Assembly: GCA_944376205.1 (NCBI GenBank)
Contig: CALWBV010000003.1
Span: 101,678 to 165,677, forward strand
Reading direction: 5' to 3'
DNA: 64,000 nt
Origin: an uncultured Christensenellaceae bacterium
GTDB lineage: Bacteria > Bacillota > Clostridia > Christensenellales > UBA3700
Numbering within the stretch: position 1 is the stretch's first letter; every line of letters begins with the position of its first letter. Of the stretch, positions 26,825 to 39,034 are shown piece after piece. The translations under genes and the position numbers were made by a program. The notes under the pieces were generated by a model. That model ran no database searches, was not told the DNA's origin, and worked only from the letters and a program-made list of their open reading frames with translations.

Positions 26825-26853
26825 TTGCAAATTCTTATTAAATAATATAAAAT
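26825..26853 (+). promoter_or_regulatory. possible sigma-A promoter of the yebC operon
   Basis: TTGCAA (26825-26830), 17-nt spacer, TAAAAT (26848-26853). Confidence 0.4.
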
Positions 26854-26897
26854 ACTTATGTAAATATTTGTAATTTTATAATTTTTCGGAGGTAGTT

Positions 26898-27641
26898 ATG
26901 TCAGGACATAGCAAATGGGCGAATATCAAAAATAAAAAAGGCAAGAGTGACGCTAAAAGAGCGAGTATCTTTACGAAGATAGGAAGAGAAATTGCGGTCG
27001 CAGTAAAACAGGGCGGCCCCGATCCTAATTCCAACTCCAGATTGAGAGACGTCATTGCCAAGGCGAAAGCAAACAACATGCCCAATGACAATATCGAAAG
27101 AGGTATCAAAAAAGCGAGCGGAGAACTCGGAGCGGTAAACTATGAGGAAAACGTTTACGAAGGTTATGCAGCCGGAGGCGTTGCCGTAATCGTAGAGACT
27201 CTTACCGACAATAAAAACCGTACCGCAGGAGATGTAAGACATATTTTCGATAAGTGCGGCGGTTCAATGGGTACCACGGGTTGCGTGTCATATATGTTCG
27301 ATACGAAGGGCGTTATAGTTGTAGACGCTGAAGGCGTTGACGAAGACGAACTTATGATGATTGCTCTTGATTGCGGAGCTGAAGATATCGCAAACGATGG
27401 AGACGTATTTGAAATTTATACCGATCCTAACAGCGTAGGACAGGTCAGAGAGCAACTCGATAAACAAAAAACTCTCAAGATTTTGTCTGCAGAAGTCGAC
27501 AGAATACCCAGCAATACGGTTAAGCCCGATGCTGAAACTCAAGCAAAGGTAATAAGACTTCTCGATATGCTTGAGGATAACGACGACGTTCAGAATACCT
27601 ATCACAATGCAGAACTCGACGAGGAAGAGGAAGATGATTGA
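26898..27641 (+). CDS. yebC: YebC/PmpR-family DNA-binding transcriptional regulator
   Basis: [27 protein letters not shown]... is the canonical family N-terminus. GGAGGT SD. Confidence 0.95.
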   Translation: MSGHSKWANIKNKKGKSDAKRASIFTKIGREIAVAVKQGGPDPNSNSRLRDVIAKAKANNMPNDNIERGIKKASGELGAVNYEENVYEGYAAGGVAVIVETLTDNKNRTAGDVRHIFDKCGGSMGTTGCVSYMFDTKGVIVVDAEGVDEDELMMIALDCGAEDIANDGDVFEIYTDPNSVGQVREQLDKQKTLKILSAEVDRIPSNTVKPDAETQAKVIRLLDMLEDNDDVQNTYHNAELDEEEEDD

Positions 27642-28878
27642 TTTGAAAGAAATTTGCCATAAGGCAAAGGATGCGTCTTACAGACTGGCTTTTACGTCCA
27701 GCGAAGACAAAAACAAAATGCTCGGTGCGATTGCAGATAAAATTCTTGCGAGCAGACAAATTATAAAAGATGCCAATGCCGTAGATATCAAAAATGCGCA
27801 AGGCGTTCTTTCCAACGCAATGATCGACAGACTTACTATGACCGACGCCAGAATCGACCTTATGGCGGAAGGAGTAAGACAAGTTGCATCTTTGGCAGAT
27901 CCTGTAGGTAAAGTCGTAAACAGCTGGACTACTCCCAACGGACTTCAATTCAGAAAGGTGAGAGCGCCTTTGGGCGTAATTGCCGTTATATACGAATCGC
28001 GTCCCAATGTTACGATAGACGTAGCGAGCCTTTGCATCAAATCTGGCAACTGCGTAATACTCAAGGGCGGAAAAGAAGCTATAAATTCCAACAGAGCGCT
28101 TTTCAATATCATTCAAAGCGCACTCGAGGAAAACGGCTACGATAAGGACGTCGTAGGTTTTGTAGACGACGTGACCAGGGAAGCCACATACGAGCTTTTG
28201 CAACAGTCGCAATATATCGACGTAATTATCCCCAGAGGAAGCGAAACGCTCAAGAAGTTTATTTTAAGCAATTCGCAAATACCCGTTATCGCATCGTCAG
28301 GCGGCAATTGCCACGTTTATGTTGAGAAAACAGCCGATCTCAAAATGGCTGAAGATATTCTTTACAATGCAAAGATGCAGAGACCTTCGACATGCAACGC
28401 TTGCGAACAACTTCTTGTAGACGCTGATATAGCAGATAAGTTTTTGCCTCACGCACTCAAGAGACTTATGGACAACAAATGCGTTGTTTTGGGTTGCGAA
28501 CGTACCAGAGCGATCGTACCTGAAGTTACTCCTGCAAAAGAAGAAGACTACAAGACGGAAAAGAGCGACTATATACTCACGGTAAGAGTCGTCGATGACT
28601 ACAAGCAGGCTATCGATATAATCAATTCCAACAGCACTCATCACAGCGAAGCTATCGTTTCTCAAGACGAAAATATTATAGATACTTTCGATAAAATGGT
28701 AGACAGCGGTTGCGTTTATACTAATACTTCTACGAGATTTACAGACGGATTCGAATTCGGATTCGGTGCTGAAATAGGTATTTCTACGCAAAAGCTTCAC
28801 GCAAGAGGACCTTTGGGACTCGAACAGCTTACCAGCGAAAAATATCTGGTAAGAGGACAAGGACAGTTGAGAAAATGA
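27634..28878 (+). CDS. proA: glutamate-5-semialdehyde dehydrogenase (gamma-glutamyl phosphate reductase) ProA
   Basis: ATG 27634 overlaps the yebC stop (ATGATTGA). Motifs [32 protein letters not shown] and HHSEAIV are present. The stop overlaps the ruvC ATG. Confidence 0.9.
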   Translation: MIDLKEICHKAKDASYRLAFTSSEDKNKMLGAIADKILASRQIIKDANAVDIKNAQGVLSNAMIDRLTMTDARIDLMAEGVRQVASLADPVGKVVNSWTTPNGLQFRKVRAPLGVIAVIYESRPNVTIDVASLCIKSGNCVILKGGKEAINSNRALFNIIQSALEENGYDKDVVGFVDDVTREATYELLQQSQYIDVIIPRGSETLKKFILSNSQIPVIASSGGNCHVYVEKTADLKMAEDILYNAKMQRPSTCNACEQLLVDADIADKFLPHALKRLMDNKCVVLGCERTRAIVPEVTPAKEEDYKTEKSDYILTVRVVDDYKQAIDIINSNSTHHSEAIVSQDENIIDTFDKMVDSGCVYTNTSTRFTDGFEFGFGAEIGISTQKLHARGPLGLEQLTSEKYLVRGQGQLRK

Positions 28879-29369
28879 TTATTCTCGGTATTGACCCCGG
28901 ACTTGCGATAGTCGGTTACGGCGTTATAGATACAGTCAAGGGAAGCAGCACCGTAATTGATTACGGAGTAATCAACACTCCTAAAGAAGACAGTGTGCCT
29001 GTGCGTCTCGAAAAAATTTTCAACGGCATGATAAGCCTTATTGAAAAATACAAACCCGATTGTATTGCAATAGAAGAATTGTTTTTCAATACCAATACAA
29101 CGACGGGTATCAACGTTGCGCAGGCAAGAGGAGTAATCCTTCTCGTATGTCAACAAAAGGGGCTTAAGATGTACGAATATACTCCTTTGCAGATAAAACA
29201 AGCGCTTACAGGATACGGTAAAGCAGAAAAAAAGCAAATTCAGTTTATGGTAGCAAGGCTTCTTAAACTCAAATCCGTGCCCAAACCCGATGACGCTGCG
29301 GACGGACTTGCAGTAGCCCTGACGCATGCACAGACTGCAAGACTCGGCGGACTTTTTTCTATACGTTGA
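28875..29369 (+). CDS. ruvC: crossover junction endodeoxyribonuclease RuvC
   Basis: [18 protein letters not shown]..., IAIEELFF, DAADGLAVALTH. Confidence 0.95.
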   Translation: MIILGIDPGLAIVGYGVIDTVKGSSTVIDYGVINTPKEDSVPVRLEKIFNGMISLIEKYKPDCIAIEELFFNTNTTTGINVAQARGVILLVCQQKGLKMYEYTPLQIKQALTGYGKAEKKQIQFMVARLLKLKSVPKPDDAADGLAVALTHAQTARLGGLFSIR

Positions 29370-29463
29370 ATTTGATGGTGCGAATATATATTCAAATCTG
29401 AATATTCGGCGGTTTGATACTCAAATTTATTGTATGTCTTATTGACTATATAAGGAAAAAGCT

Positions 29464-30069
29464 ATGTATTATTCTATTACAGGTAAAGTCGTTTTTTATG
29501 AAGAAGGCAGACTTGTACTCGAAAACAACGGTATAGGTTATGACCTCGGAGTGTCTGCAAATACTCTTGCAAAGTTTGCAAAAAAAAGCGAAATTGTGAC
29601 CGCATATACCTATCTTCATGTACAGGAAGACGCTTTGAGATTATTCGGCTTTGCCACTAAAGAAGAAAAAGCAATGTTTATCAACCTTATAAGTATAAGC
29701 GGCGTAGGTCCCAAGATTGCTTTGCAGATTTTATCGGGAATAGATTTACAAAGGCTTGCGATTTGTATCGTCAACAGCGACGTAAAGACTTTGGCAAAGG
29801 TCAAGGGTATAGGAAGAAAAACAGCTGAAAGAATTATTCTCGAACTCAAAGAGAAAATCGACCTTGAAAGCAGTGAAGACGATTCATTCTTCGGACTTAT
29901 CGGCACGGGCGTTGAAATTAAGGACGATACTTCGTCCGACGCAGTGCTTGCTTTGGTAAGTTTGGGAATATCAAAGACAGAGGCGGTAAAGGCTGTAGCA
30001 TCAGCAAGACAAAAGAGCTCCAAGCTCGAAGATATAATTACCATCGCATTAAGGAGTTTTGACAGATAA
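29464..30069 (+). CDS. ruvA: Holliday junction branch migration protein RuvA
   Basis: MYYSITGKV...GIGYDL..., HhH motifs [10 protein letters not shown] and [12 protein letters not shown]. Confidence 0.95.
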   Translation: MYYSITGKVVFYEEGRLVLENNGIGYDLGVSANTLAKFAKKSEIVTAYTYLHVQEDALRLFGFATKEEKAMFINLISISGVGPKIALQILSGIDLQRLAICIVNSDVKTLAKVKGIGRKTAERIILELKEKIDLESSEDDSFFGLIGTGVEIKDDTSSDAVLALVSLGISKTEAVKAVASARQKSSKLEDIITIALRSFDR

Positions 30070-31121
30070 TGGAATTCGAAGACGAAGAGCGTTTTATGTC
30101 CTCAATGGAAGGCATATCCGATAGCGAAAGCGAAAATACGTTGCGCCCCAAAACGATGGCGGACTATGTGGGACAGGAAAAGATAAAAGAAAATCTTGAA
30201 GTCTACATAAAAGCAGCAGTTGCAAGAAACGAGGCACTTGACCACGTTTTGCTTTACGGACCTCCGGGACTGGGAAAGACAACTCTTGCACACATTATTG
30301 CAGGCGAAATGAACAGCCAGATAAGAATAACTTCAGGACCGGCAATAGAAAAAGCAGCAGATCTTGCCGCAATTCTCACAAATCTCAATGAAAAGGACGT
30401 GCTGTTTATTGACGAAATTCACAGACTTAACCGCAATGTCGAAGAAGTATTGTATCCGGCAATGGAAGATTATGCGCTCGATTTTATGGTAGGAAAGGGA
30501 CCCAGCGCAAGAAGTATAAGACTTTCGTTGCCGAAATTTACGCTTATAGGAGCAACTACCAAAGCGGGAATGCTTACGTCCCCTTTGAGAGACAGATTCG
30601 GCGTCAATTGCAGACTTGAGATGTACACGCCCGACGAACTTGCAAAAATCGTTAAGAGAAGTGCAGGACTTCTCAATGTCGAAATAAGCGAAGACGGAGC
30701 ATACGAGATAGCGAGACGAAGCAGAGGAACTCCTAGAATTGCCAACAGAATACTTAAGAGAGTAAGAGACTACAGCGAAGTAATGGGCAAAGAGATCATT
30801 GACGCTTCAGTGGCAGATCACGCATTGAGTAAAATGGAGATAGATAAGCTCGGACTCGACTCGATTGACAGAAAGTTGATTTTGACTATTATCGATAAGT
30901 TCAACGGCGGCCCCGTAGGACTCGATACGCTTGCCGCTTCTATAGGTGAGGATGCAGGTACTATCGAAGACGTTTACGAACCTTATCTTATGCAGATAAC
31001 TTTTATAGCACGTACTCCAAGAGGCAGAATTTGTTTGCCTGACGCATACAAACATTTCGGCAGAAAAGCTACGCAATTGGCATACGAACAGCTGTCGATG
31101 TTGGATGAGGATAATAATTGA
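30069..31121 (+). CDS. ruvB: Holliday junction DNA helicase RuvB
   Basis: [12 protein letters not shown], Walker [36 protein letters not shown]. Confidence 0.95.
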   Translation: MEFEDEERFMSSMEGISDSESENTLRPKTMADYVGQEKIKENLEVYIKAAVARNEALDHVLLYGPPGLGKTTLAHIIAGEMNSQIRITSGPAIEKAADLAAILTNLNEKDVLFIDEIHRLNRNVEEVLYPAMEDYALDFMVGKGPSARSIRLSLPKFTLIGATTKAGMLTSPLRDRFGVNCRLEMYTPDELAKIVKRSAGLLNVEISEDGAYEIARRSRGTPRIANRILKRVRDYSEVMGKEIIDASVADHALSKMEIDKLGLDSIDRKLILTIIDKFNGGPVGLDTLAASIGEDAGTIEDVYEPYLMQITFIARTPRGRICLPDAYKHFGRKATQLAYEQLSMLDEDNN

Positions 31122-32155
31122 TGAATACAAGCGATTTTTATTACGATTTGCCTAAAGAGTTGATTGCACAGACTCCTTTGGAACCGAGAGATTCGTCAAG
31201 AATGTTGGTTTATCACAAAGAGAACGGAAAAATCGAACACAGACATTTTTACGATTTGTGCGATTATCTCAAAAAAGGAGACGTACTCGTAATTAACAAT
31301 ACAAAAGTAATTCCTGCGAGAATTTTTGCTACACGTCTGCCCAGAACGGAAAAGACGCAGGAGCATAATACAGAGGTGCTTTTGCTCAAACGACTCGATT
31401 ACGATACCTGGGAATGTATTACGAGACCTGCAAAAAAACTCAAAATAGGCACAAAACTCGACTTCGGAAAAATGCAAGGCGAAGTGACGGGATTTAAGGA
31501 TGAGGGTATAAGATTTATAAAATTCACCTTTGACGGCGTGTTTGAAAATATCCTCGACGAGATAGGAAATATGCCGCTTCCGCCGTATATTACTAAAAAA
31601 CTCGAAGATAAAAACAGATATCAGACGGTTTACAGCAAAGTTAACGGCTCGGCAGCCGCACCCACGGCGGGACTGCATTTTACTCCAGAACTTCTTAAGA
31701 AAGTCGAAAATTGCGGCGTTCAGATTGCAAAAGTTTTGTTGCATGTAGGGCTCGGCACTTTCAGACCTGTAAAAGAAACCGATGTGCTTAAACATAAAAT
31801 GCACAGCGAATATTACGAAGTCGACGAAGAAAACGCAGAGATTATAAATGCCGCTATAAGAGAAGGCAGAAGAGTTATCTGCGTGGGGACTACGTCGGTA
31901 AGAGTCGTTGAGAGTGCAAGCGATGAAAACGGATTTATAAAACCTTGTAAAGGAGATACTCAAATATTTATATATCCCGGCTACAAATTCAAGGTTGTCA
32001 AAGGACTGATTACAAACTTCCATTTGCCCGAATCCACGCTTATAATGTTGGTAAGTGCTTTTATAGGCAGAGAAGAGACATTGAGAATGTATAATCTTGC
32101 AGTCAAAGAAAAATACAGATTTTTCTCATTCGGTGACGCAACTTTGTTGATATAA
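31118..32155 (+). CDS. queA: tRNA preQ1(34) S-adenosylmethionine ribosyltransferase-isomerase QueA
   Basis: [49 protein letters not shown] overlap with ruvB. Confidence 0.95.
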   Translation: MMNTSDFYYDLPKELIAQTPLEPRDSSRMLVYHKENGKIEHRHFYDLCDYLKKGDVLVINNTKVIPARIFATRLPRTEKTQEHNTEVLLLKRLDYDTWECITRPAKKLKIGTKLDFGKMQGEVTGFKDEGIRFIKFTFDGVFENILDEIGNMPLPPYITKKLEDKNRYQTVYSKVNGSAAAPTAGLHFTPELLKKVENCGVQIAKVLLHVGLGTFRPVKETDVLKHKMHSEYYEVDEENAEIINAAIREGRRVICVGTTSVRVVESASDENGFIKPCKGDTQIFIYPGYKFKVVKGLITNFHLPESTLIMLVSAFIGREETLRMYNLAVKEKYRFFSFGDATLLI

Positions 32156-33427
<1,272 letters not shown>

Positions 33428-33572
33428 AATATCGGTCAAATCATGTATTTTTTTGTAAATTATATATAAATTTAATAAAAATTCATATAAACACTTGATA
33501 TTTGATGATAAATTATATAAAATTGAAGAGTCGATTGTCAGATATATGGACAACGACTATAAAGGAGAATTT

Positions 33573-34076
33573 ATGACAAACGTATTTTTGGCAGCTATGG
33601 ATGGCGGCACAATAGGAATGATAGTTGTACTCGTAGTATTGATGGTTTTAATGTTTGCTATGTCAATTATCCCTCAAAAAAAGCGTCAGAAAAAGGCACA
33701 GGAAATGATGAACAGCATCACTGTCGGAACAAAAGTTAAGACAATCGGCGGATTTGTCGGCGAAGTAAAGAAAATCGATAATATGACAAACACTTTTACG
33801 CTCGATCTCAGCGCAGAAGGCGACGGAAGCACTCTCGTAGTAATTGACAGATCTGCTATCTATACCGTTATGGAAATGACGAAGAATGCAGAGGGCGAAA
33901 CAACTTTGCAGGAAAAACCCGAAGTTACCGCTATGGATGATATCGAAGCTGATAAAGTTGCAGAAGAGAAGAAGTCCTCAAAGAAAGCAAAGAAAGAAGA
34001 AGAATCTAAAGAAGAAACTGTTGAGCAGAACGATTCTTTGGAAAAGAAAGATAACGAAACTCTTCTTAAGGACTGA
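33573..34076 (+). CDS. yajC: preprotein translocase subunit YajC with a long charged C-terminal tail
   Basis: AAAGGAGA SD then ATG 33573. TM followed by PQKKRQKKAQEMMNSITVGTKVKTIGGFVGEVKKID (YajC core). About 70 extra E/K-rich residues follow. Confidence 0.8.
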   Translation: MTNVFLAAMDGGTIGMIVVLVVLMVLMFAMSIIPQKKRQKKAQEMMNSITVGTKVKTIGGFVGEVKKIDNMTNTFTLDLSAEGDGSTLVVIDRSAIYTVMEMTKNAEGETTLQEKPEVTAMDDIEADKVAEEKKSSKKAKKEEESKEETVEQNDSLEKKDNETLLKD

Positions 34077-34100
34077 TTTATTTATATAATATAGAACGTA

Positions 34101-34133
34101 AAAAGCTCTGAATATTCAGAGCTTTTCTGTTTG
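34101..34133 (+). terminator. intrinsic terminator after yajC
   Basis: Perfect palindrome AAAAGCTCTGAA/TTCAGAGCTTTT (34101-34126) followed by a T-rich tract. Confidence 0.8.
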
Positions 34134-34200
34134 TATGATCCTTTGAGAATAAAAGCGGCTTTTGCGACATATTCTCTTATTAGACAGAGGAGGTATGACA

Positions 34201-34596
34201 ATGGCTGTAAAACTCAATAAAAAAGATTTTTTTGAAATGTTCAAGGGGGTTGTTTTTTCCGTAATAATATCCGTGTTAACGGTTATTTTATTTGCTATAG
34301 TCGTAAAATTTGCAAATCTTTCTACAAAAACTGTTGAAATCGTCAATATCGCACTCAAAATATTGAGTATTTTTCTCGGAACTCTTATCGCTATAAGTTC
34401 GGGCAGACAAGGCTTGTTCAAAGGTGGAATAATAGGACTGTTTTTCGTATTGATAAGTTATCTTGTATTTTCACTCGTAAACGGTTCGTTTTCTGTCAAT
34501 CCGTTGACGGCATTTGATGTGATTTTCTGTCTTGTAGCGGGACTTTTGAGCGGAGTCTTTACCGTAAACGTAAGAAAAGGAAAAGACAATGTATAA
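34201..34596 (+). CDS. small integral membrane protein, YrzE/TIGR04086-like
   Basis: Four predicted TM helices. GGAGG sits 7 nt before ATG 34201. A membrane gene follows yajC in B. subtilis too (yrzE). The family assignment is from memory only. Confidence 0.5.
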   Translation: MAVKLNKKDFFEMFKGVVFSVIISVLTVILFAIVVKFANLSTKTVEIVNIALKILSIFLGTLIAISSGRQGLFKGGIIGLFFVLISYLVFSLVNGSFSVNPLTAFDVIFCLVAGLLSGVFTVNVRKGKDNV

Positions 34597-34673
34597 ATTA
34601 TCACTCTATTGAGATTGTAGATTACGTTATATAGAGTATAATCTGTGATAAATCAATTTATATTCAAAAACAG

Positions 34674-34702
34674 TTGCCAAAATTCTCATTTTATTATATT
34701 AT
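34674..34702 (+). promoter_or_regulatory. sigma-A-type promoter of the SCIFF precursor
   Basis: TTGCCA (34674-34679), 17-nt spacer, TATTAT (34697-34702). The upstream AT-rich block is nearly identical to the one before rpsB. Confidence 0.5.
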
Positions 34703-34734
34703 ATAGATAATAAACCGTCTATTTTGGAGGAGAT

Positions 34735-34908
34735 ATGAAACATATTAACAGTATCGTTACTAATTCTATGAAAAAGTGCGGCAACATCGGTTGCGGCGAA
34801 TGTCAATCCAGCTGTCAGTCCGCTTGCAAGACTTCTTGCACTGTAGGCAACCAGAGCTGCAAAAATCGCGACGAAAAAATCAACGCAACAAGAAAGCCTT
34901 TGATTTAA
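34735..34908 (+). CDS. scfA: SCIFF (six-cysteines-in-forty-five) ranthipeptide precursor, 57 aa
   Basis: Not in the ORF track (under 60 aa). GGAGG SD then ATG 34735. Translation is MKHINSIVTNSMKKCGNIGCGECQSSCQSACKTSCTVGNQSCKNRDEKINATRKPLI, which contains the SCIFF core GCGECQxSCQSACKTSCTVGNQxC. The maturase gene starts 36 nt downstream. Confidence 0.9.
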   Translation: MKHINSIVTNSMKKCGNIGCGECQSSCQSACKTSCTVGNQSCKNRDEKINATRKPLI

Positions 34909-34944
34909 TCGACACATATCAATAAAAATTATTCTGAATACAAA

Positions 34945-36309
34945 ATGGTACACGCTTTTAGTTTTAATTATCACTCAAGAGCTTATCATTTTATTTGGGA
35001 CAATGAAAGTGGCAGTCTGCATAACGTGGATTATGTCGCTTTTTTGTATGCCAAAGTCAAATACGATCTTCCTATGAGTCAACAGGAAAAGAACGATTTT
35101 GATAAAATAGATAAGCAAGAAATCTATCAACTCGAAGAAGAATTTACTCAACTCGAACAGGCAGGTGTCCTCAACTCTCCTTGCGGGGATTATCCCACGA
35201 GCAAGCGCATAGGCGAAATCAAGGCACTTTGTCTGCATATTTGCAATGACTGCAATTTGCGTTGCAGATATTGTTTTGCAGACGAAGGCACTTACCATAC
35301 GACCGAAAGAGCGTACATGAGTGAAGAAGTCGGCAAAAAAGCAATAGATTTTCTTATTGCAAATTCCGGAAAGAGACATAATCTCGAAGTCGACTTTTTC
35401 GGCGGCGAACCTTTGATGAATCTCAAGGTTGTCAAGGCTATCGTGGAATATGCGCGTCAAAGAGAGAAAGAAAGCGGCAAAGAATTCCATTTTACTATGA
35501 CAACTAATTGCGTGCTTCTCAATGACGAAACTATAAAATGGCTCAATGACGAGATGTACAACGTAGTTTTGAGCATTGACGGTAGAGAATGTGTACACAA
35601 TGCAGTGAGAAAAGCGGTAAACGGGAAAGACTGCTATTCGCTTATTGCGAAAAACGCATTGAATTTTGCAAAAGTCAGAGGTAACAAGTCTTATTACGTA
35701 AGAGGTACGTTTACGGCAAAGAATCTTGATTTTGCGTCGGATGTTCTTGCCCTCAACGATATGGGATTCGATCAGATTTCAATCGAGCCTGTCGTTACAG
35801 AGATAGAAGATCTTAAAATTACTAAAGAACATATTCCTGCCATACTCAAAGAGTATGACAGACTTGCCGAAAACTATATCGACAGAAGAAAAACGGATAA
35901 GTGGTTCAACTTTTTCCATTTTATGATAGATCTCGAGGGCGGTCCCTGTCTCGTAAAAAGACTTACAGGATGCGGTTCGGGATGCGAATATCTTGCCGTA
36001 ACGCCTACCGGCGGAATATATCCTTGTCATCAGTTTGCCGAAAATAAAGACTATTATATGGGCAACGTTTTTGACGGTAAAATAAATTTGGATATATCCA
36101 AAAAGTTTGCCAAAAATATTGTTACGAATAAGCCGGATTGCGCTAATTGTATGGCAAAATATTATTGCAGCGGCGGTTGTGCGGCAAACAATCTCAACTA
36201 TGCAGGCAGTATGGACAAGCCCTACGATATATCTTGCGAGATGATGAGAAGAAGACTCGAATTGTCTCTTGCAATAAACGCTATCGAGGGTGCGGAGCAA
36301 AATTCTTAA
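34945..36309 (+). CDS. scfB: radical SAM/SPASM thioether-forming SCIFF peptide maturase
   Basis: CNLRCRYC radical-SAM cluster motif, GGEPLMN, and SPASM cysteines CGSGCEY...YPCHQF and CANCMAKYYCSGGC. It is adjacent to the precursor. Confidence 0.9.
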   Translation: MVHAFSFNYHSRAYHFIWDNESGSLHNVDYVAFLYAKVKYDLPMSQQEKNDFDKIDKQEIYQLEEEFTQLEQAGVLNSPCGDYPTSKRIGEIKALCLHICNDCNLRCRYCFADEGTYHTTERAYMSEEVGKKAIDFLIANSGKRHNLEVDFFGGEPLMNLKVVKAIVEYARQREKESGKEFHFTMTTNCVLLNDETIKWLNDEMYNVVLSIDGRECVHNAVRKAVNGKDCYSLIAKNALNFAKVRGNKSYYVRGTFTAKNLDFASDVLALNDMGFDQISIEPVVTEIEDLKITKEHIPAILKEYDRLAENYIDRRKTDKWFNFFHFMIDLEGGPCLVKRLTGCGSGCEYLAVTPTGGIYPCHQFAENKDYYMGNVFDGKINLDISKKFAKNIVTNKPDCANCMAKYYCSGGCAANNLNYAGSMDKPYDISCEMMRRRLELSLAINAIEGAEQNS

Positions 36310-36423
36310 TTAAAAATTTTGTTTTGCAGTGAAGTAATGAAGATATGTCGGCGTTTTAACGTTTATGATGAGTCGTTTTATTAATTATTAAATAATAAAA
36401 GTCGTATTTATATTGAAAAACGT

Positions 36424-36452
36424 TTGCCAAAACATATTTTTTATGTTAGAAT
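36424..36452 (+). promoter_or_regulatory. sigma-A promoter of rpsB-tsf
   Basis: TTGCCA (36424-36429), 17-nt spacer, TGtTAGAAT extended -10 (36444-36452). Confidence 0.65.
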
Positions 36453-36471
36453 ATCATTCGGTTAATAAACA

Positions 36472-36534
36472 CCCGAGGTCAGCTCAGGCAGTTGCCTGTT
36501 TGCCAACAGGTTGCCGATAAGCGCAAACTTCGGG
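36472..36534 (+). promoter_or_regulatory. structured 5' leader of rpsB (candidate autoregulatory element)
   Basis: Outer stem CCCGAGG (36472-36478) with CTTCGGG (36528-36534). Inner hairpin CAGGC-agtt-GCCTG (36485-36498). Inner stem TTTGC (36499-36503) with GCAAA (36523-36527). Pairings were found by eye only. Confidence 0.35.
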
Positions 36535-36565
36535 GAAGAATAAACAAAAAAAGGAGAATAAAAAA

Positions 36566-37342
36566 ATGGCAGTTGTAACAATGAAGAGCCTCTTGGAGGC
36601 AGGTGTACACTTCGGACACCAAACAAAAAAATGGAACCCTAAGATGGCTAAGTACATCTATGCGGCAAGAAACGACATTCATATTATCGACCTTCAGATT
36701 TCTGTTGAACAGGTTGAAAAAGCTTACGCTTTCGTAAGAGACATTGCAAAATCCGGCAAGAGCATTTTGTTCGTCGGCACAAAGAAGCAGGCTCAGGAAG
36801 CTATCAAAGAAGAAGCAACCCGTTGCGGAATGTTCTACATGAACCAGAGATGGCTCGGCGGCACGCTCACCAACTTCTCGACAATCAGAAGCCGTATCGA
36901 TAAACTCAATAAAATCAATCAAATGGAACTCATTGGTCAGTTTGAGCTTTTGCCCAAGAAAGAAGTAGCAATGCTCAAGGCTGAAAGAGATAAGCTCGAA
37001 GCAAACCTCGGCGGTATCAAGGATATGACCCAGCTTCCCGGATGTATGTTTGTAGTTGATATCAACAACGAAGACATCGCAGTTAAAGAAGCTCGCAAAC
37101 TCGGTATCCCCGTTGTCGGTCTTGTAGATACAAACTGCAATCCCGAACTCGTTGATTACGTAATTCCCGGCAACGATGACGCTATCCGTGCTATCAAATT
37201 GATCGCAAGCATCATTGCAAACGCTGTTATCGAAGCAAACGAGGGTATTACTTTCTCCGTAGAAGAAGAGAGCGAAGAGGAAGGCAAAACCAAAGAAGAA
37301 GCTGCTCCCCAAGAAGAAGTTGCAGCTCCCGTAGAAGAATAA
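36566..37342 (+). CDS. rpsB: 30S ribosomal protein S2
   Basis: [19 protein letters not shown]..., with an acidic C-terminal tail. Confidence 0.97.
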   Translation: MAVVTMKSLLEAGVHFGHQTKKWNPKMAKYIYAARNDIHIIDLQISVEQVEKAYAFVRDIAKSGKSILFVGTKKQAQEAIKEEATRCGMFYMNQRWLGGTLTNFSTIRSRIDKLNKINQMELIGQFELLPKKEVAMLKAERDKLEANLGGIKDMTQLPGCMFVVDINNEDIAVKEARKLGIPVVGLVDTNCNPELVDYVIPGNDDAIRAIKLIASIIANAVIEANEGITFSVEEESEEEGKTKEEAAPQEEVAAPVEE

Positions 37343-37361
37343 TTTTGGAGGACTACTACAA

Positions 37362-38237
37362 ATGGCATTTACAAATAAAGACGTAATGGATTTGCGTGCA
37401 AAGACCGGCGTTGGTATGATGGATTGCAAAAAGGCACTTATCGAAGCTGACGGCGATATGGAAAAGGCAGTTGAAATTCTCAGAGAAAAGGGCATGGCTA
37501 CCAGCGCTAAACGTGCAGGTAAAATTGCTTCTCAAGGTATCGTAGAAGCATACTGCGACGGAAAATACGCAGTACTCGTAGAAGTAAACTGCGAATCCGA
37601 CTTTGTTGCACGTGGAGAACAATACAAGGCTTTTGTAAACGAAGTTGCTAAATATATCGCTGAAAACGACGTAAAGACTGCTGAAGAAGTTACGGAAGGA
37701 ATGAGTGTTGCACTCGCAGAAGCAGTTGCTAAAATCGGCGAAAAGATTGCTATCCGCAGATTCGTTAAATACGAAGTAAAGGATAATACCATCGAAAGCT
37801 ATATCCATATGGGCGGCAAGATCGGTGTTCTCGTTGAACTTTCTGCAAATTGCGATAAAGAAGTGGCTCACGACGTTGCAATGCAAATCGCTGCAGCTAA
37901 CCCTTCTTACGTAAAGATCGACGAAGTTCCTCAAGAAGAAGTTGAGAAAGAAAAAGAAATTCTCAAAGTTCAGGCTCTCAACGAACCCAAGCCCAAGCCC
38001 ATGAACATCATCGAAAAGATGATCGAAGGACGTATCAATAAGTATTACAAGGAAGTTTGCCTTGTAGAACAGCCTTTCGTCAAAGATCCCGACAAGACTA
38101 TCAAAGCATTGCTTAAAGAAAGCGGTGCAGACGTTAAGAAGTTCACCCGTTTTGTAATGGGCGAAGGTCTTGAAAAGAAAGAAGAAAATCTTGCAGACGA
38201 AGTACAGGCGCAAATCGCAAGTGCTAAAAAAGCCTAA
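37362..38237 (+). CDS. tsf: translation elongation factor Ts
   Basis: LRAKTGVGMMDCKKAL...AVEILREKG, IHMGGKIGVLVEL. Confidence 0.97.
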   Translation: MAFTNKDVMDLRAKTGVGMMDCKKALIEADGDMEKAVEILREKGMATSAKRAGKIASQGIVEAYCDGKYAVLVEVNCESDFVARGEQYKAFVNEVAKYIAENDVKTAEEVTEGMSVALAEAVAKIGEKIAIRRFVKYEVKDNTIESYIHMGGKIGVLVELSANCDKEVAHDVAMQIAAANPSYVKIDEVPQEEVEKEKEILKVQALNEPKPKPMNIIEKMIEGRINKYYKEVCLVEQPFVKDPDKTIKALLKESGADVKKFTRFVMGEGLEKKEENLADEVQAQIASAKKA

Positions 38238-38243
38238 TTGATT

Positions 38244-38276
38244 AAAAAGGAAAACAGTTTTGTTTTCCTTTTTTTT
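38244..38276 (+). terminator. intrinsic terminator after tsf
   Basis: AAAGGAAAACA-gttt-TGTTTTCCTTT stem followed by T8. Confidence 0.85.
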
Positions 38277-38278
38277 GA

Positions 38279-39016
<738 letters not shown>

Positions 39017-39034
39017 TAAAACATAATCAACCGG

